Counted from the first letter of the stretch, positions 46,050 to 59,191 are shown. The stretch is DNA of 64,000 nucleotides from Vicugna vicugna (GCA_013265495.1 MU057822.1:95133-159132); one strand, 5' to 3'. Numbers and translations are program-made. Notes: a model not told the origin generated them from the letters alone.

Positions 46050-47380
46050 ACACTCTGGGAAACACTGGCTCCTCCATGGCTGCTAACTGGGAGCTCAGTC
46101 CACCTCCCCTCTGCCCATCCCCCCACCACAGGAGCATCTCCAGGGCGCAGCCTCAGTCTCCCCTCTTCTCACGTGGCACACTCTCTTGGCAGCCTCTCAC
46201 CCATGCTTGGGCTTTCAACAATCATCCACATGCCCAGGATACCCAGCCTTCATCTCTAGATGTGGCCTCATCTCAAGGGTCCAAATGCGGTCTCCTACAC
46301 ACTCCCCCTAGATATCCCCCAGCACTTAAACTCAGCACACCCAAGACTGAACTCATCCTCTTTCCCCTCAACCTGCTCCCACCCGGTATCCATTACCTCT
46401 TGACAAATAGCAGCAGCATCCACATTGTCCCCAAATGGAAATCTGGGAGCCATTTGGGATTCCTTCCCCACTTCTATGGCCTGTCCATTTTTTCTCTTTA
46501 ATATCTCCCCATTGCTCACAGACTTAGCTCAAATTTCTCCATGTCTCACTTCAATCCTTTTAAAACTCAACACCGCCTACTCCAACATACCCCTCTGGTT
46601 TTTTCTCCATATTACTTGCCAGTAATTTTTCTAAGTCACACATGTGACCCCATCACCAACTTGCACACAACCTTTCCATGGCTCCCCACTGCCTATAGGA
46701 TTAAAAATATCTAAATTGCTTAACATGATCTCCATGACCCTTTATAACCCTTCATGACCCATGCCAATCTCCAGTCTCAGATCCCACTGCCTGTCTCTCA
46801 AAATTACACTCTACCACACTGAAAATGAAGCTTCCTGAACTCACTCACAGTTACTACACTTCCTGGAGCCTAGAGGAGTGGCTGGAATTGGGGGTGTTTA
46901 TCTATAGTCCCCCCTCTCCCCTTGACACAAAAGCCCTTGTCCTATTAACACAATGATGATTCAGGACCACGGAGAGCGTCACCTGGGCATCCCCCTCCCC
47001 TGGCTTTTCAGTCCTGCACTGTCTATGCTGTCTACCTAGCGCACTCCTCCCACTTATGCTTCAGAGACCCAGCACAGACATGACTTCCTTCAGGAAGCCC
47101 TCCCTGACCCACCTGAACAACTGTCATTTCCTCCTCTGGGCTCCTTAACTAACCTGGGTATCCCTCCATCACACCAAACTCACTGTGCTAATTACACTTG
47201 TACATGAGCCCACCACTCCCCCCTCCACGAGCCCCACAACAGACCATGAGCCTGGAGGGCCTATACCCTGTCTGATTCATCCCCGCAGTCCAGGACAGAG
47301 GAGGTGCTCAGAGAATGTTTGTTGATTGAATGAGTAAATGACACTTAGCAGGTGCTCAGGAAATATGTGCTGATTTGCAT
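46050..47380 (+). mobile_element. L2 fragments
   Basis: CTTAAACTCAGCACACCCAAGACTGAACTC, CTTCCATGGCTCCCCACTGCC, CAGGAAGCCCTCCCTGACC, GGTGCTCAGAGAATGTTTGTTGATTGAATGA end. Confidence 0.65.
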
Positions 47381-49868
47381 CATGTATCTGCTGCTCTGCG
47401 TGACTCAGAAGCCAGCCAAATTCCTCTCCTAGCCTCTCTGGAAAAGGCATCTTCTCCCTGATTGGCTCCACCCTCTACTAGCTTCCCTGTGCCATTTGAG
47501 TACCTTCTCCACAGGTCACCACCCACAGGTGGGAGAGGGCATCTTCGTTCTGCTCCTGCTGTTGCCAAGCCAGGGACTTGTCAGAGCCCCTCCATTCCCC
47601 AGCCTGGGCCTGCCTCATAAGCTCTGCTCAGAACGCTTCGTCTCTGCCTCCCTCTCCAGCTCTGAACAGATGGCTCTGAGTCCCCACAAATACAGAAGTT
47701 CCTGTTCTGTCATTTGAATATTTTTAATGCTTTCTGAATTATAGAAGCTGGACTCAGACTATCAGAAATGAAGACTCCCTTAAAGGACATTGAGTCTGGC
47801 CTCTTCCCTGTCCCATGGAGAGGCTGCATCTGAGTGGCCTGCCCAATATCATTGTAATGGACACTGTCTTTGGTTCTGTGTGTCTTTTGGTCTTTTTTTT
47901 TTCTTTCATTGCTGTTTTATTTTGATGCTCAGTGTCCATTCCCCTTCATAATTGCACCCTAGTTTCCTGGTCTTAATGGAGCTATAAATCAAGGGATGGG
48001 CATAGGATCCAACTGGGCTCTCTCATCCAGGGCTTTAAATCTTGAGTAGAGTGGGAAAAGAATAGGGAAAAATTGCCTGGAGCTCTGGCGAGGGCCCCCC
48101 AGTAAGATGACTCAGGAGCCCTGGCTCCTGAATCTCCCATCTTCCCATAGATTTTGTGAGCTCCTGGTTTGCTTCAACAAATCTCTTTCTTAAGACATCA
48201 GTCAGCTTCCACTGCACACAACCCTACAACCTTAACCAGTGTGGTCTCACAGAAGGAGCACATGGAGTCATTCACCTCCCTGTGTTGGATAAAGCTTGGC
48301 TCCAACAACCTCTGGTGCCTCCAGCAGCTGCGTTGAACCAAACAAGCTCACAAGCCCACCCAGGCATGGAGGAAAGAAGACACTTCAGGGAAGGAAACAG
48401 ACAGACTGATGTCTGGTGTTGCAGAGGGACAAGCCAGGATTGAGGGGTGATCCCCCTGATGCATGTGCTCAACCCTCCAAGCCTGAGGTCAGGGTGGAAG
48501 AAGAGTGTTATCACCAGTACCCTAGAAACACATCCTCAAATGAGACGCCCAGGCACACACACACTGACAGGAACACCTGCATACTGGGATGACACCTGGG
48601 AGCTGGAATGCAGCATGTGTCCAGGAAGAGCAATTAACACAGAAAGCGAGCAGGTCAGGCTTGAGGGCCTCGTCCTGCTCAACAGCATGTTCCCCCGTCA
48701 ACATTCCCAACAAGTGAGTCTAGCGTACCAGGGACTGGGACCACTCAGCAAGTGACCTTTTGGCCAGAAAAGTTTGTGTTCTACTGACCACTCCTCCTGC
48801 CTAGCCTGAATGGCCAGGCTCTCATAGACCTACGCCTGTGACCTCAGCCTGGTGAGGTCTGAGGGACCAGCCCCAGACAGGAAGAGGGTGGGGAGCTGAG
48901 TATAGCTGGGGCTTGGGTTGGTTGCAGAACAGATACTGGGCTCTCCCTCCCAGAGTCCACCAGTCTCGGAGCTCCCACCCTGCCTCCAAACCTCCTATAA
49001 ACTCCCGGCAGGGCTTTCTGTCTAGCTCAGCCTCAGAAAGCACCACCCTGCCCTGCCTGGCAACCCAAACCTCAGAGTGCGCTTGAGTCAGATGGAACTA
49101 CCCTGATCACAGGATCCGGCCCCATCTGAAGCCCTCCAGCCCCAGGCAGTCTCTCCTGCCTCCTCTCCCTCCCCCAGAACACATAACCCCTGCCTCTCCG
49201 ACCAACCACACCCCTCCATGATTCATCACCAGTATCTTCTGTCTCAGCCCCCTGCACCTTTGACCGATCCCTCCACCAGGAATTCCCTTCCCCACACGTT
49301 CTCTGGCTATTTACCAGCTCTTAGGCCACGTCCTCAAAGCTTCTGAGGGATGTAGGCCCCCCTTCTGCCCACAGATGTGCCTCCCTTGGCCTTGCAGAGT
49401 GTCTCCCTATGTTTTCTAGGGCTGTGAGGTCCAGGGCAGGGTTGGAGTCAGATTCACTGCCCAACACCAAAACGGGAACTCACTGATACCAATATATGTT
49501 TCTGGAACTGGCATCAGTGAGGTTTCTGATCTTTCTCCCCAGCCGCTGGACGCCGGGATGGAGGAGGCAGGGTGGCTGGTGCCTATTTCCTGGGGGGTAA
49601 GCTTCACAGAGGTCCTCCCCAGGACTGTACGGAGGAAGATTCAGAACTTACTGCTGAGCTTCTGTGGAACTAGACCCAGCCTGTGAGAAATCACATGAGG
49701 CCCAGGTTTGAAAAACCACATTCAACACACCTCTTAAATATAACTGGGGCGTCCACAGCTAGGAGCTGACAGGAAGTGGCCCAGGTACACAGCCAGTGAA
49801 TGCCATGGGGGGCCATGACATCCTGGCTCCTGCACAGACTGGCTGCCTCCTTCTTAGGAGAAACCAAG

Positions 49869-50674
49869 TGTAATACCATGATTTATAATAAGAAATATAT
49901 ATTTGGTCTTTGTCCTGTTTCTGACACAGAGCTCCTAAAATCCTTGGAATTTCCTAGGTGATGGGAGCCTGCACAGTGCCTTTTGTTTGTTAATGAGGTG
50001 ACTTTTGGAATTCACCTAAGGACGGGGCTGGTTGCCAGAGAGCCAGCCATGTGATGAGAGGGTTGGAACTTTGAGTACTAAACCCCCACCACCTCCAGGG
50101 AGGGGAGAGGGGCTGGAAGTTGAGCTCAGTCACCAGTGGCCCATGGTTTAATCAACCATGCCTAAGTAATGAAGCCTCCATAAAATCCAGAAGGACTGGG
50201 TTGGGAGAGCTTCCGGGTTGGTGAACACATGAACATCTGGGGAGAGTGGTGCATGCAGAGAGGGCATGAAGGCTCCACGCCCTTTCCCTAGACCCTGTCC
50301 CATGCATCTCTTCCATCTGGCTGTTCCTGAGTTATAGCCTTTATAATAAACCGGTCATCTAGTGAGTAAATGGGTTTCCTGAATTCTGTGAACCGCTCTT
50401 GCAAATTAATGGAACCCAAGGAGTGGGGCGTGGGAACCTCTGAGGTCACAACCTGGACTTGTGATTGGCATCTGAAGCGTAGGGTGGGGGTGGCAGGGGC
50501 AGTCTTGTAGGACTGAACCCTTAACCAGAGAAATCTGATGCTCTCTCTGGGTAGACAGTGTCAGAATTGAGTTGAACTGTAGGACACCCAGCTGGTGTCA
50601 GAGAACTGCTTGGTGGTGAGGGAATGCCCCCCTCTCACCTGTGCCCACATTATAATTGGCTATAGAACCCTTAC
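49869..50674. mobile_element. Solo LTR, MER21-like (ERVL)
   Basis: Begins TGTAATACCATGATTTATAATAAGAAATATATATTTGGTCTT...CACAGAGCTCCTAAAATCCTTGGAATTTCCT, as in the recalled MER21 consensus; ~800 bp. Confidence 0.75.
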
Positions 50675-51664
50675 CAAATACCCCCAGGAATCCTTTTTCT
50701 TGTAACTTCAGAGGCAGCCTGTTTCATGAGCTCCAAGTGTCAGATCGTGGGTTGAGGGGCTGGTCAGCCCGGTGATGGCTGCTCCTGAGGGAGGGCTGAG
50801 ACTTGGGTTGTGGGGGAGGTGTGGGCTGAGCTCAAGAGTCCAGCTCCTGGAGCTTGTCCCATCCAGTGATAAGGGGCAGGGATGGAGCAAGCAAGGGTCA
50901 GGAGGTGAGCGTGAGTCTAAATCACTGCTCTGCCCACAGCTGCTGGGAGGCAAGCCCAGCCTGGCACAGCGAAGATGGCGATCAGCGAGCGAGCAGTGAT
51001 TGCCCGGCAGGGCACTGGGGGAGGGGGAGAGGCACTCATGCTCATGGCAGAAAGAACATGCCTCCCCACTGCTGCCCGCCTGGAAGCTGTTGGTTTCCTG
51101 CAGGGTCCACTGTGTGCAGCTGCTCTGAACCCAGTGGCCAAATGTGAGTCCCACAGAGCCAGCTTTCCCCATGGGCTGGGCTGGGGTCAGAGCATGGGGT
51201 TGAGGTGGGGGTCAGGGCGCAGAGCAGGGCACAGGTACAAGGCCATGCGAGTCCCCCGGTGTGGCTCTGGGGCAGCGGGGTCTGTGCAGGCTTGGGCACT
51301 TCTCAGAGCGGTTCCCTACATCTTGCAGCCACACCCCCACACCAGCCAGAGGAGAAACCCACCCTCAAGACTGCTGATTCAGCCCCATCTTTTGCTCAGA
51401 GGGTGAACTCACACAGAGCGGTGTCCTGTGCCCTCCTGACCCCTCAGAGTGGGGAAGCTGGGTCAGAGCGGGCAGTCCAGGGTGAGGACACCTAGACACT
51501 CACGCTGAGCAGCCTCCTTGGTTTCCAGAGCAGCAGCCCTGCATCCTTGGCCCAGACTGCCCACCTCCGCCTCTCTTGCTTCCAATCCCAGCAGAGACAC
51601 CTTGAGGCTATAAATAACAGGATTGTCTACAGGCCTATATCCATGGGCTTTGTACTGGCCATAC

Positions 51665-51670
51665 TTTAAT
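51665..51670 (-). terminator. Candidate SPNS3 polyadenylation signal ATTAAA
   Basis: TTTAAT on + strand ~280 nt past the stop; U/GU-rich element (ctgttatttatag on -) ~45 nt further downstream. Confidence 0.65.
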
Positions 51671-51951
51671 CGGGGCCCACAGGCAGCCAGGCTGAGAACC
51701 CCAGGCTGGAGCGGCCTCGTGCTGGGTGTAGGCACAGGCGTGGGCCTCCCGCGGAGGGTGGTGGCAGCTCAATTCCCAGCCCAGCCGCAGGCGCTGCCAG
51801 CTATCTAGCCGGGAGCAAAGAAGTGGCAGGTGCAGCTCGGCCAGGGCCCCAGAACCACAGCCAAAGGTGGGCAGAGGCACTGAGGCAGTGGAGGCCACCG
51901 GGAGGGATCCAGGCCAGGTGGGTGGGGCCTCCTCACTGCAGGGCAGGGGCC

Positions 51952-52040
51952 TCAGTGGTCCTTTGTGGAGGCACTCGTGCCAGGAAGTAGGGGTTGGCTC
52001 TCCGTGGCCTTGCCATCCATGTCCTTATTGTCCGGGGTCC
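51952..52040 (-). CDS. SPNS3: SPNS3 terminal coding exon
   Basis: cctcccacag|GG ACC...; GTPDNKDMDGKATESQPLLPGTSASTKDH-TGA. Confidence 0.87.
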
Positions 52041-55000
52041 CTGTGGGAGGAAGGAGCTCAGCCAGCCCCAAAGGAGGCAGAAGGTGTTTTGGGACCAGGT
52101 CTGGGCAAAGGCTTTCACAAAATACCCTAGCTTCCATTTTCAAAATAAATTCCAGATCTGACTCCTTGTCTCTGCCTTCAATGTCATCACCATGGTCCCA
52201 GCCCTGCTGCTCTCCCCTGATGGCTGCCAGCCTCCTATAGCCTCTTTGCTTCAACACAGACCCCCTACAGTCTGTTCTCAACACAGCAGCCAAAGTGGTG
52301 CTTTTATGATGTAAATCAGACACCCTGGGGCTTGTCCACTGGAAACTCCATAGCAGCTTCCATCTCACTCAGAGGTAAGGCCTCAGTCCCTACATAGGCT
52401 CCCAAACTCCCCATGCTCTGGCCCCATTACTACCACCTTCGTCCTTACCACTGGCCCCTTGCTCCTGCTGCATTCACACTGGCCTCCTTGCCCTCAAACA
52501 CATCAGGTACATTCCTACCTCAGGGCCTTTGCACTGGTTGTTCCCTCTGCCAGGAGCACCTGCCCCAAAACAGCTGCATGACTCACTCCCTTATCTCCTC
52601 CAAATCTTTGCTCTAAGGTCACCTGTGCAGCAAGGACCTCTCTGACCACCCTTTCAAAAATTGCAAACCTGTCCCGACCTGTTCCTCTCTCTCCACTTTC
52701 CTGCTTAACGTCTCTCCATAGTACGTATCACCTCCAACATCCTCTATCTTTTGCTTCTTCTGTTTGTTTCTTGTTTATTTCATTTTCATAAGGGCTTAGA
52801 CTTGGCCTTCACTCCCCAGCATCTGCAACCTTGCCTGGCACATAGCAGGGGAGTGATAACTATTTTTGAATAAATACATAAATGAAGGAACAGATGAATC
52901 AACTGGCCAGGGGCTCAGGGGGTGGCTGGTGCTCCTTGCTCCTCTGGGGTCAGCCCTGAGCCTGGTATGGGTGCAAGGGGCAGGGCTACCTGGGCCAGGC
53001 TGCTGGGCCAGGGCCTGGTCTCTCTCCAGGTGCAGCGTAGTCAGCCAGAAGCAGCCGCCACCCAGGATGATGACGAAGACAAGACATAGGAAGCTTCGCC
53101 GGAGACTGAGGAAGTGCTGCAGGTGGGAATCAGGGCCCTCGTCCCGCAGGGCGCTGGAAATCTGCAGAGAAGAGAAAATGGGTCTGCCAGGCCCACCAGG
53201 CCAGCCTCCAGGCCTTCCTCCAGGACAGTTCCTCCCCTAGGCCCTCCCCATTCCCTACCCACTTAGGCCTGCCTGGAGTCACCCAGTCTTACAAGTCCAG
53301 TGAGGTAGGGGCTGCCGGCATCTCCCAGGATGTGGCTCACTGTGATCTGAAGTGCCCCTGCTGTTCCCCAACACCTGGGCACCACCACAGACTGCAAAAC
53401 ACAGGAGAACCAGGGGAGCTCTGCAAGTGAGGGCAGAGAGCAGGTGCCCCCTCACACCCACTCCTGTTCCCCACCTGCCACGGGCCTGCCTGGCAGCGTG
53501 AGAGGCTGGCAAGGGAGTCAGCAACTTCAATGCCTGAAGCACCACCACCAGGACATCAGGCCCCTCCTCGGTTCAGGAAGGTTCCCCAGTCCCCTGGGAT
53601 GGAGCTGCCAGGCCCCTGATGGAGGCCACCCTTCTTGAGGGTTTGCCTGGAACCAGGGAGACCAGGCCTGCCTGTGACAACACTGATGGGGCTGGGGCGT
53701 CCCAGCTTAGAGGCCCAGGAGGCGTTAGTGTGGGCTGTAGGGTGAAGCAGGTGCACGGCTAGGTGTCTGCATGTGTGGGCACCTGGGTGGGGTGGTGTGG
53801 GGGCTCAGCCTCTCTCTCAGGAAGTTGAAGCCCCTCTGGGCAGAGACTAAAGGCAGCCTTGCTGGAAAGACCTACATCGTAGGGGGTGGAAGGTTAAGAA
53901 TATGAATTCCGGAGTCAGGTTGTCTTGGGTTCTAATCCCACGTCCCCCACTCGCTAGCTGTGTGACTTTGGGCCAGCCACTCCACTTCCCTGTGCCTCAG
54001 GCTCCTCATCCCCATATGGGGCTAATAGCACCTGCATGGAGGATTTTGTTTATTATCATTCTCCATCTGCTACCTGGAGGCTTCAGGTGGACATCAGACA
54101 GAAATAACGCCCTATGAGTCCAGGAGGCAGAATGCTTCTGGGCATTTGAATATGCTGTGCCTTCTGCCTGGAGAGCCTTCCCCTCTCTGGTCCAGCTGGA
54201 GCATCCCTATTTGCCCTTCAGGACTGACTTTGGGCTCACCTCCTCCGTGAAGCCTTCCAGAGTTCAGGTGCCTACCCTGAGCTCCCACAGCCCCTGTGTG
54301 CATTCCTAGCTGAATGCACATTCCCCACAGCTGGAAGGGTTCCATCTTTGTCCACCTCCCCTCACCCCTACAGCGTCTGGGCAGCAAAGCTCCTGCCTAA
54401 TTTCTCCCAGGCTCCCTGGGGTACAGCAAGGCGCCAGGCACAGAGGGGACTCGCTGAGAGTCTGCCAACTAAGTAAGTCAGGTAGAACCATCTGGGACAC
54501 TGGTCCCAGGAGAAACTCTGCCAGAACCCAGGGGTGCAACGAGGGACGGGTGTTGGGGGAGGAGGGGTTCAAGCAGAAGCCACATGGTCAAGTGGTCCCA
54601 AAAGGGCAGCCACAGGGGAGCTTTCCACCCCAGAGTCTTATCCCCAAGGACTAGCTGTCCATAATCCAAGCCCATCAGAGAATAATAACAATGATAGTTA
54701 CTGACATTTATTAAATGCTTCCTGTATGCATTTTATATATCTCCTATATATATTTTCTATATCCACTCAACCAACCCATGAGGGAGATACAATTACAATC
54801 CACATGTTACAGATAAGGAAACCCTCCACAGAGAGGGTGAGTAACTGGCCCAGGGTCACCCAGCCAGGAAATAGCAGGGCTGAGATTTGATCCCAGGCCT
54901 TCTCCTCCAGGGTCTGACCATTGATTACTCTGCCATTAGGAGCAAGGAGGAGCCTCTCCAGCAATATTTATGCATTTGCTATAGAATGTTTGAACAACAG

Positions 55001-58000
55001 CAAGGGGAACTAAGAGGACAAACTCACCCCTAGCCTCACAAGTGGGAAATTGGTAGCGAGAAGAGGGAAAAGTGCTCCTGGCAGGGGACAGGGTGAGCCA
55101 AAGTGGAGGCAGGAGCCCAGGGACTGGGAGCCGCAGGACTGGAGAGAGGAGCCCTGTGGGTGGGCAGGGCACTCCCGAGGATGACCGGCTGGTCCTGGAG
55201 TCACTGGCACTGAGCCACTCTGTCCAGGTGATGAGAGAAACCGGGCCTCCCACTCATCACTGGGACCTGCCAACAAGCCTGAGAAGGAACTGACCACAGC
55301 TTTGCACCTTCCCCAAGTGCTTCCTTCTCACCCCATAATTATGTGATTACTCGCTGGTGGTTCTGGGCAGAAGGGCAGGGCCTCCTAGAACATGGGCCCT
55401 AAGCATCCAGAAAAGTCCATGCAGGGGCTAGGGCTGCTTGGATCCTCAGAGAGCCATCCCTTTCTCCCTTCCCAGGAACTCGGACCTGCTGGAGCCAGAC
55501 CAGTCCCTGTTGCTGGTGGTGGGAGAGGTCTGTCTCCCCAAGCCAGTTCAGGGTCCCCAGGTCTCCATACAGCCGAGGGGCCAAAATTGGGCCCCCCACC
55601 AGCAGCTGGAGAGCCCAGAAGGTAATTTTAGAAGTTCAGAGGCTTTTGAGTTCCCAAAATGCCAGGCTCACTCTATTCTGAGACAAAAACACCTCTGTTT
55701 TTGACTCACCCATCTTAGAAGAGCTGTTCCCTTTATAGCCTGGGGCATAACCAGCGCCGATCAAGGGTCTGCACAAAGTCTGAGTGGCAGCCACCAGGTG
55801 CAGACTCCCTGGCAGCCTGCCTCCCATCCCCGACTCAAGCCTCACACCCAGACACCCCTGGGAGTGTGAGACAGACAAGAGAGCAGACGGCCACCTAGGG
55901 GCAGGAGGCAGTGCGGGAAAGCATGGAGACACTGATGGAGAGAGAACGGAAGAGTGACTGACGACCACCCATCTGGGCTAGGGGATGGTTGCCAGGGGTG
56001 GTCTGAGGTGGGTCTTGGCTGTGACAGGGCCAGATCCTTTTTATTAACTGACCTAACAGGAGGCAAGGTCTTCCCAGTGCGCAAGGAGTGAACTCCCCAT
56101 TGGAGGGTGTGTGAACAAGGGGAGGGACTGGGCTAGTCAGAATTTTGCAAGGGGTTCATGGGCTGGGCGGCTGGCTGTGCTAGACCAGCGATCTCCAGGT
56201 GCCTTCTGAGCAACATCGCCATCAGGATCCCATGGGACATTCATTAGAAATTCAGACCCCTGGACCCCAACATAGACCCAACCAAATTAGACTCCAAGGA
56301 CAGAGGGCCTGGAAGCTGAGCTTGTAACAAGCTCCCCCAAACCCAGTTCTTATGCCCCATGAAGCTTGAGAATCACTGGACCAGAGAGCCCCTGAGGCCC
56401 ATCCCCCAGAGAATCTGGATTCTCCTCCTTGTGGAGAAGGGGGGCAATGAGAGGAGTGTCCTTGAGGCAGGACTGACGTGCGGCCCGGGGAGTCCTCAGC
56501 GACCCTCAGGAACACCTGTGACGCAGACACTAGCTCACTGGTCCCTGGCAGCCTGGGCGTAACTGGTAGGTCCTGTCTTTCTACCTACTGCGCACGTGAG
56601 CAAACCAAGGCCAGAGAGGTTGCTACTTAGCCAGCCAGAGAGCAGCAGAGCTGGGAGTGGAAACAAGTGGGCTGTTCTAGAACCCTGGTTCTTGGGCTCT
56701 GCTGCCCTCTCACCTTCTCTGCCTCAGGAGCAAGGGCAGGCGAGCAGATGGGACCTCCCTGCACTTCCTGCCACACCAGTGTCCCCTACACACTTCCTGC
56801 CCCTGCCTGCTTCCTCCCCAGCCCCCATCCCACTCCCTGCTGGCCCCTCTCCACCCACCTCCCCTCCTGCCCCCTGGAGGCTGCTCCTGCCTCACCTCTA
56901 GAAAAGGAACACCTATGTCCTATGTGGAACCTATGTCCTGCCAGCTCCAGCTGCCATCCTCCTCAGTGCAGCTTCTTACAGGAGTTATACTCTGGGTCTC
57001 CTCGCCTCCCACCTTTCCTCACCCTGCTCTGAGCTGGCATCTGTCTGCCTCTCCACTGCACAGCCCGGGTCCCCACAGCCCGCCCCTCACCAGCATTTGG
57101 CCCAAGACCACTCCCTCCCCAAGCCTTCCCCTCTCTGCCAGAGGACTGGGCTCCAGGAACTGCAGGGACTGGTCCAGCTCTGGCCACCAAAGTGTCACAA
57201 GGCCGTCCTTCACTGAGGGCCTTCGGGAAGGTGGGCAGGTGGGGGAAGGGGAGCAGAAGCTTTCCTGGGATGACAGGTCCTGGCTAAGCTATGGGGGCTG
57301 CAGGCCTCTGAGCCTGGGGAGGGGGGTGGGGAACAGCGGGTGGGCTGGATCACGTCCAGCCCGTCCCCCAGGGCAGCGCCAGTCAGCTCCCCAGCAGAAT
57401 CAGATGGTTTAGACTATGGCTGACTGGCTCCCAGCCCCTCCTCTCCCCTGACCCCTGCCCCCAACCCAGACACAGCTCTGCAAAGAGCCTGGCTCTGCCA
57501 GGTTAATCATTCTTGCAGACACAGACACTGGGGAACACGGGCGCAGTCCTCACATATCTGGGGGCTGCCATGTGGAGCAGGGGGCAGGAGCGTAGGGGAC
57601 AGGCAGAGGGAGCTGGGGCAGGTTTCAGAGCACAGGCTGGGGGGTGGGTAGTTCATTCCCTGTGCCTGCAAGTGGGCGACCCCACTCAAGCCAACGTCTG
57701 CCAGCACGATCCCATGTACCGAGGGCTTTCCCTCAGGCTAGCTCGCTCACCCCGCCAGGCCGGTTGTGATTACCCCTTTTTATAGGCAAGGAAACTGAGG
57801 CCCAAGGCCATTCAGCAGGTCTGTGGCTGAGTCTGGGCTGCAGCCCAAGTCTCCTGTATGAAGGGAGGAAAAGAGAAGATCCACCAGCCCTGCAGCTGAT
57901 ACACCCACCCAGGAGTCAAAGACAGGGCAGCCCTGTCTACACTTGCTGAGCCTGGGCCGTGGGGACAGGGAAGAACATCTAGACAGAGAGCGAGCCTCCG

Positions 58001-59191
58001 GTCCACAGTAGTATTCAAGCAGGTCTTGCTGGCTAGTTAAATGACTTCCCTTCCTCACAGCCCTTTCAAACCAAGATTCCAGGATGCCAGGCTTTCTTTG
58101 GGAGACGGACGATGAGAGAGCAGAAACCTCTGACCTGCTATCAGAACCCAAGCCAGCATTCTCGGTGCTGGACACCAGGCAAAAGCTCCACACAGTTCAT
58201 CTTGTTTCACCCACACAATAATCCATGAGGTGTTTTCATCTCCATTTTCCACACACAGAAACTGAGGCTTGGAGACACAAAGTGACTCGCCTAGGCCACA
58301 CACAGTAAGTGGCAGAAGCAGAGCAGAAACCCAGGCCTGTTTCCTGAATCCAGGTTCATGCCCCTGCACTAGACAGCTCTCAGCCGACTGCCAAGCTGCT
58401 CTGGTTCCCTCACGCCCAGCATTAGACCATGCCAGGCTGCCAGGAGGCAGGAGGAGGGCTCTTGGGGTCCCCCTCGGTCTGGGACCCTGCATAATCCACA
58501 AGGGCATAGCCCTTCAGTGTTCAAAAACTTCCCCTGCACGTCTCCTAGAAGGAGGCAGGGAGGCTGAGCAGAGAGTGTGCGGCTCAAGAAGGGCGGTGCT
58601 AGACTCTGAACCCAGCAGTCGTGTGATCAGGACAGCAGCAGGCCTCGCTACAGCCTGAGCCGGCCCCTTGCCTTGCAGCCCCTGATACGGAAGCTGGGGC
58701 AGCCTGGACCCACCTGGGCTCAGTGGCCTTGAAGTCTGGCATCCCTGTCTGCACACCGAAAGCGGAGGCCATACTGAGAAGGAGTATGGTCAAGAAAGAG
58801 GGAGGGAGGGAGCCCTAGAGACAAAAAGCCTGGGCCCCAGTCCTGGCTCAGCCTCTGCATGCTGTGTGAGCTTGGTCCAGGCACCTGCCCTCTCTGAGAC
58901 TCCATTTGCTCATCTACAAAATGGGAGTGATGGTCAGAGATATGTTTGAGAGTGTCAGGGAGGCCCCTGGTCCAAGGTAATTGTTCATTGACCTTGGTTC
59001 CCTAACCCATGGTCTCTGAAGCTCTCCCAACCTCCAGTGGCCACTCAACAGCAGAAGTCCAGTGGTGAGTCCACAGTGTTCAAGAGGCCCCAGGACCAGC
59101 CCTCCACTCCAACTGCCACACCTACCAGCAGGATGTCAGCGACCACTGCGCAGCTGCAGGATAGAAGCAGCTCCCCAAGGGCCAGGAACGC
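51952..59191 (-). CDS. SPNS3: Spinster homolog 3, last four coding exons (upstream exons outside window)
   Basis: Exons 59191-59126, 53391-53293, 53161-52990, 52040-51952 join in frame with [123 protein letters not shown]...STKDH*. Synteny upstream of SPNS2 fits. Confidence 0.92.
52130..52900 (+). mobile_element. L2 3' portion in the last SPNS3 intron
   Basis: CCTCAGGGCCTTTGCACTGGTTGTTCCCTCTGCC, CCTGGCACATAGCAGG, TGAATAAATACATAAATGAA tail. Confidence 0.7.
52990..53161 (-). CDS. SPNS3: SPNS3 penultimate exon (172 nt)
   Basis: tctctgcag|ATT...CAG|GTAGCC; last TM helix FLCLVFVIILGGGCF. Confidence 0.9.
53293..53391 (-). CDS. SPNS3: SPNS3 exon (99 nt, paralogous to SPNS2 exon 10)
   Basis: ttttgcag|TCT...CTT|GTAAGA; contains LGDAGSPYL. 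Confidence 0.93.
53885..54050 (+). mobile_element. MIR
   Basis: GGGTTCTAATCCC...CTAGCTGTGTGACTTTGGGC...CCCTGTGCCTCAG. Confidence 0.7.
54690..54935 (-). mobile_element. MIR
   Basis: TTACAGATAAGGAAAC...GTAACTGGCCCAGGGTCACCCAGC...GATTTGATCCCAGG. Confidence 0.7.
56186..56379. mobile_element. MER5A-like hAT-Charlie element
   Basis: CAGCGATCTCCA...TTAGAAATTCAGA...AACAAGCTCCCC...TTGAGAATCACTG inverted ends. Confidence 0.6.
58190..58380 (-). mobile_element. MIR
   Basis: CCATTTT...GAAACTGAGGCTT...GTGACTCGCCTAGGCCACACACAGTAAGTGGCAGA. Confidence 0.65.
59126..59191 (-). CDS. SPNS3: SPNS3 exon (66 nt, paralogous to SPNS2 exon 9)
   Basis: tccacag|GCG...CTG|GTAGG; AFLALGELLLSCSCAVVADILL. Confidence 0.9.

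Noticed and set aside
55700..55740. Minus-strand TATAAA followed by ATGG|GTGAGT as an internal SPNS3 first exon
   Set aside because: The donor sits ~22 nt after the TATA, leaving no room for a transcribed exon; likely chance
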